Below are positions 48,464-51,133 of a stretch of DNA of 51,133 nt, in pieces. Every line of letters starts with the position of its first letter. Position 1 is the stretch's first letter. Both the position numbers and the translations under genes were made by a program. The stretch spans positions 1 to 51,133 of the forward strand of contig NW_024705370.1 in the NCBI RefSeq assembly GCF_018977255.1. The letters run 5' to 3'. This stretch comes from Callorhinchus milii. Lineage: Eukaryota. Below the pieces are notes generated by a model. That model was not told the origin of the DNA. It was given only the letters and a program-made list of their open reading frames with translations, and did no database searches.

Positions 48464-48973
48464 GTAATAATAACGAGAAGGATTTGTATCGCGCCGTAAC
48501 ATGGCAAGCCGTTACAAGGGTATTAAAACCCCGTCCAAACTTGATGTTTTAATTATTATTGATATTATTATTGAACCAGTGACATCTGGAAGCGCCTCGC
48601 CAAGCCTCTGGACCCTTCTCAGCAGGGTTGGTGTTTTGTATGTCAATCCACTGCTTTCCACATTGTGCGTGTTTTGGAGGGGTTATTGCACCCGATGTCA
48701 TTAACGGGTGATCAGGGTGGGTTGGTGAAGGTGGGGGGAGCATATGTTTCGTCCAACAATGGATTTTTCTTAACTTGGTTATGCTACCCACAACGTAACC
48801 CAATTACATTTCACACCTTTAAAGAATGTTTCGGCTCAAATTCATTTCACGTTTCCAGCAATTTTAAACGGAAGCTTTCACGGCCAATATGATTTGTAAT
48901 TGGTTTATTTTGGTTTAGGTCCTATAAATAAAATTTGTGTCGTAAACCAACTTGAGACCTGAGCTGTTTTACA

Positions 48974-49014
48974 AATCTGATGATGCTGGATGTAATCTCC
49001 AGCGAAATATCGTT
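48974..49014 (+). ncRNA. Hammerhead-like motif, second family
   Basis: AAT CTGATGA t GCTGG-ATGTAATCT-CCAGC GAAA T ATC GTT; related degenerate copy on the minus strand at 24803-24841. Confidence 0.55.
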
Positions 49015-50532
49015 CCCATTTAATGTTGTGAGATTACTCTGCCACACACAGGTGTGTGCTGAAACAGTAAATACATTTGGCACGTTTAATTCACTTGTCT
49101 CTTTTATTCATTGACTGCGTCAGATGGAGGAGGGTTTACGACCTCAACAAAAATAAACCAATTATAAATAGTTTCCAACAAGTGTTCATATTTTTCCCCG
49201 TATTATTGGAGGTGGTGAAATGGCCGGTTTGAATGCTGGTTATTAGTGCCGATGTATTAACTAAAACATTGCACCGTATGCTTTGCAGTGGACGCTAATA
49301 ACACGTGATGTCATCTGTTACAGTAGGCTATTGTTTGCTGGCGTCACGGTCAAAATGTTCTAAATTTGAAAATGTACCCCGACAAATTTAATCGGTGGGA
49401 ATGCGCGTAGAAATAATTGCCCTCCACTGTAACTAATTTTGGCAGAATCCTGAAATAAACTCATGAGACTCGGTGAGGTTTTCCTGGGCAAAGCAAGCAT
49501 AATAATAATTTAGTCTGGTCAATATTGTCAGTTTATTATTTTTTTTATTGCCGAGCAAATGCATCTTTCAAATTGAGAAAATATATGTACACAAGTCAGT
49601 CACAATTCAGGCCCAGAGGCGTTAAGCCAATACTGATGGTAAGTAAATTGAATGATTGACGGATATCTGTGCCAATGACATTAAATCAGATGGCTATACC
49701 TGACAGTCTCCTGAGAAAAGGCTCATGTTGATCAATTTTGTTGCCTGTTGCAATGTTTAGGTTTTTTTTTTACCCATAGCTTGTAGAAAAATATTCTTCC
49801 AGATCAAAATTCTGCCTGTAAAGGTTGCTCATCTCCTATTGATGGCGTGTAGTGACATCATCCAGAATCTTGTTGATGTGTTTTGGTTACATAGATTAGA
49901 TTGTACACAGAGATGGGGGAAATGTTGAAAAACGTATGGTTTTATTAGTGGCACTGATGTCCCGATTTGCTGTTGTATGCAAGTGTTATTTTACTCTGTT
50001 GTTACTTCCAAATAGAAATCTCAGTACATTGAACTATCGGGATGTCAGTGTTATCTATGATGAAACACATAGCCATGTGTACAGTAGGTGCGCTGAGATT
50101 AAAGTAGGAGAAACTAGCGCAGCAGCCAATCTTAGAACAAAAGAGCAGGCACGCATAAACACATTTGTATGTCATGGAAAATTCTAGATTCATGATTTTG
50201 CCACTTCAGTCACAAGTATTAGGTTATTTTTAATGTCAAATGCTTGTGTTGATAAACCAGTTGCTTTCAGGCTATGGTTTTGTTTGATTCTGAATTGAAT
50301 AAAGTAAATAACCGCAAGAGCATTTTATGTATATCTGTGCCCCTTATCAGAATCTGCAGCGAGCATTGTTTTTGAAATAGCCTACAACTGTCGCTGGCAA
50401 TACCCCTTGTTCATCCTGGCTTAAAAAATACGGTTCCGTGAGCCCGATTGTGACGGCGTTGTTGTGCGCCGCAGCTGGAGATGTATTTCCATAAAGAGGG
50501 CGCAACCAACAAAGGAGCACTACGTGGTGTGA

Positions 50533-51000
<468 letters not shown>

Positions 51001-51133
51001 TAAAGTAATGAATATTTGTAACAAGCTGCATCTTAATAAGATTAACATTCTTTTGGCAGTCCAATGTCAATAAGGGTCATACTTGTTTGTATTAAAAAAT
51101 GTGTGAAACCCTCTGTTTACTCTAATTAGGGAA

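Overview
Eukaryotic (vertebrate-type, plausibly a jawless fish such as a lamprey; inference only) genomic window. Main content: a 20-coding-exon PIWI-clade Argonaute gene (piwil1-like, + strand, 7194-26696, about 874 aa, DEDH slicer tetrad intact). As given, it has a 1-nt frameshift in its first coding exon. Next come a Tc1 transposon cut by an N gap (28226-28952), about 15.3 kb of featureless, random-looking sequence unlike the flanks (28953 to about 44300), and two internal exons of an ARFGEF1/BIG1-like gene. Introns and flanks are full of small TEs (RTE LINE ends, MITEs, Helitron-like and Helentron-like elements, tRNA- and 5S-derived elements). The most interesting signal is a dispersed repeat family carrying minimal type I hammerhead ribozyme motifs (CUGAnGA-stem II-GAAAC-GUC). 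It is inserted as fold-back pairs with 10-13 bp target-site duplications (Penelope-like behaviour) and includes a retrozyme-like tandem trimer in piwil1 intron 1. A second, distinct hammerhead family is also present.
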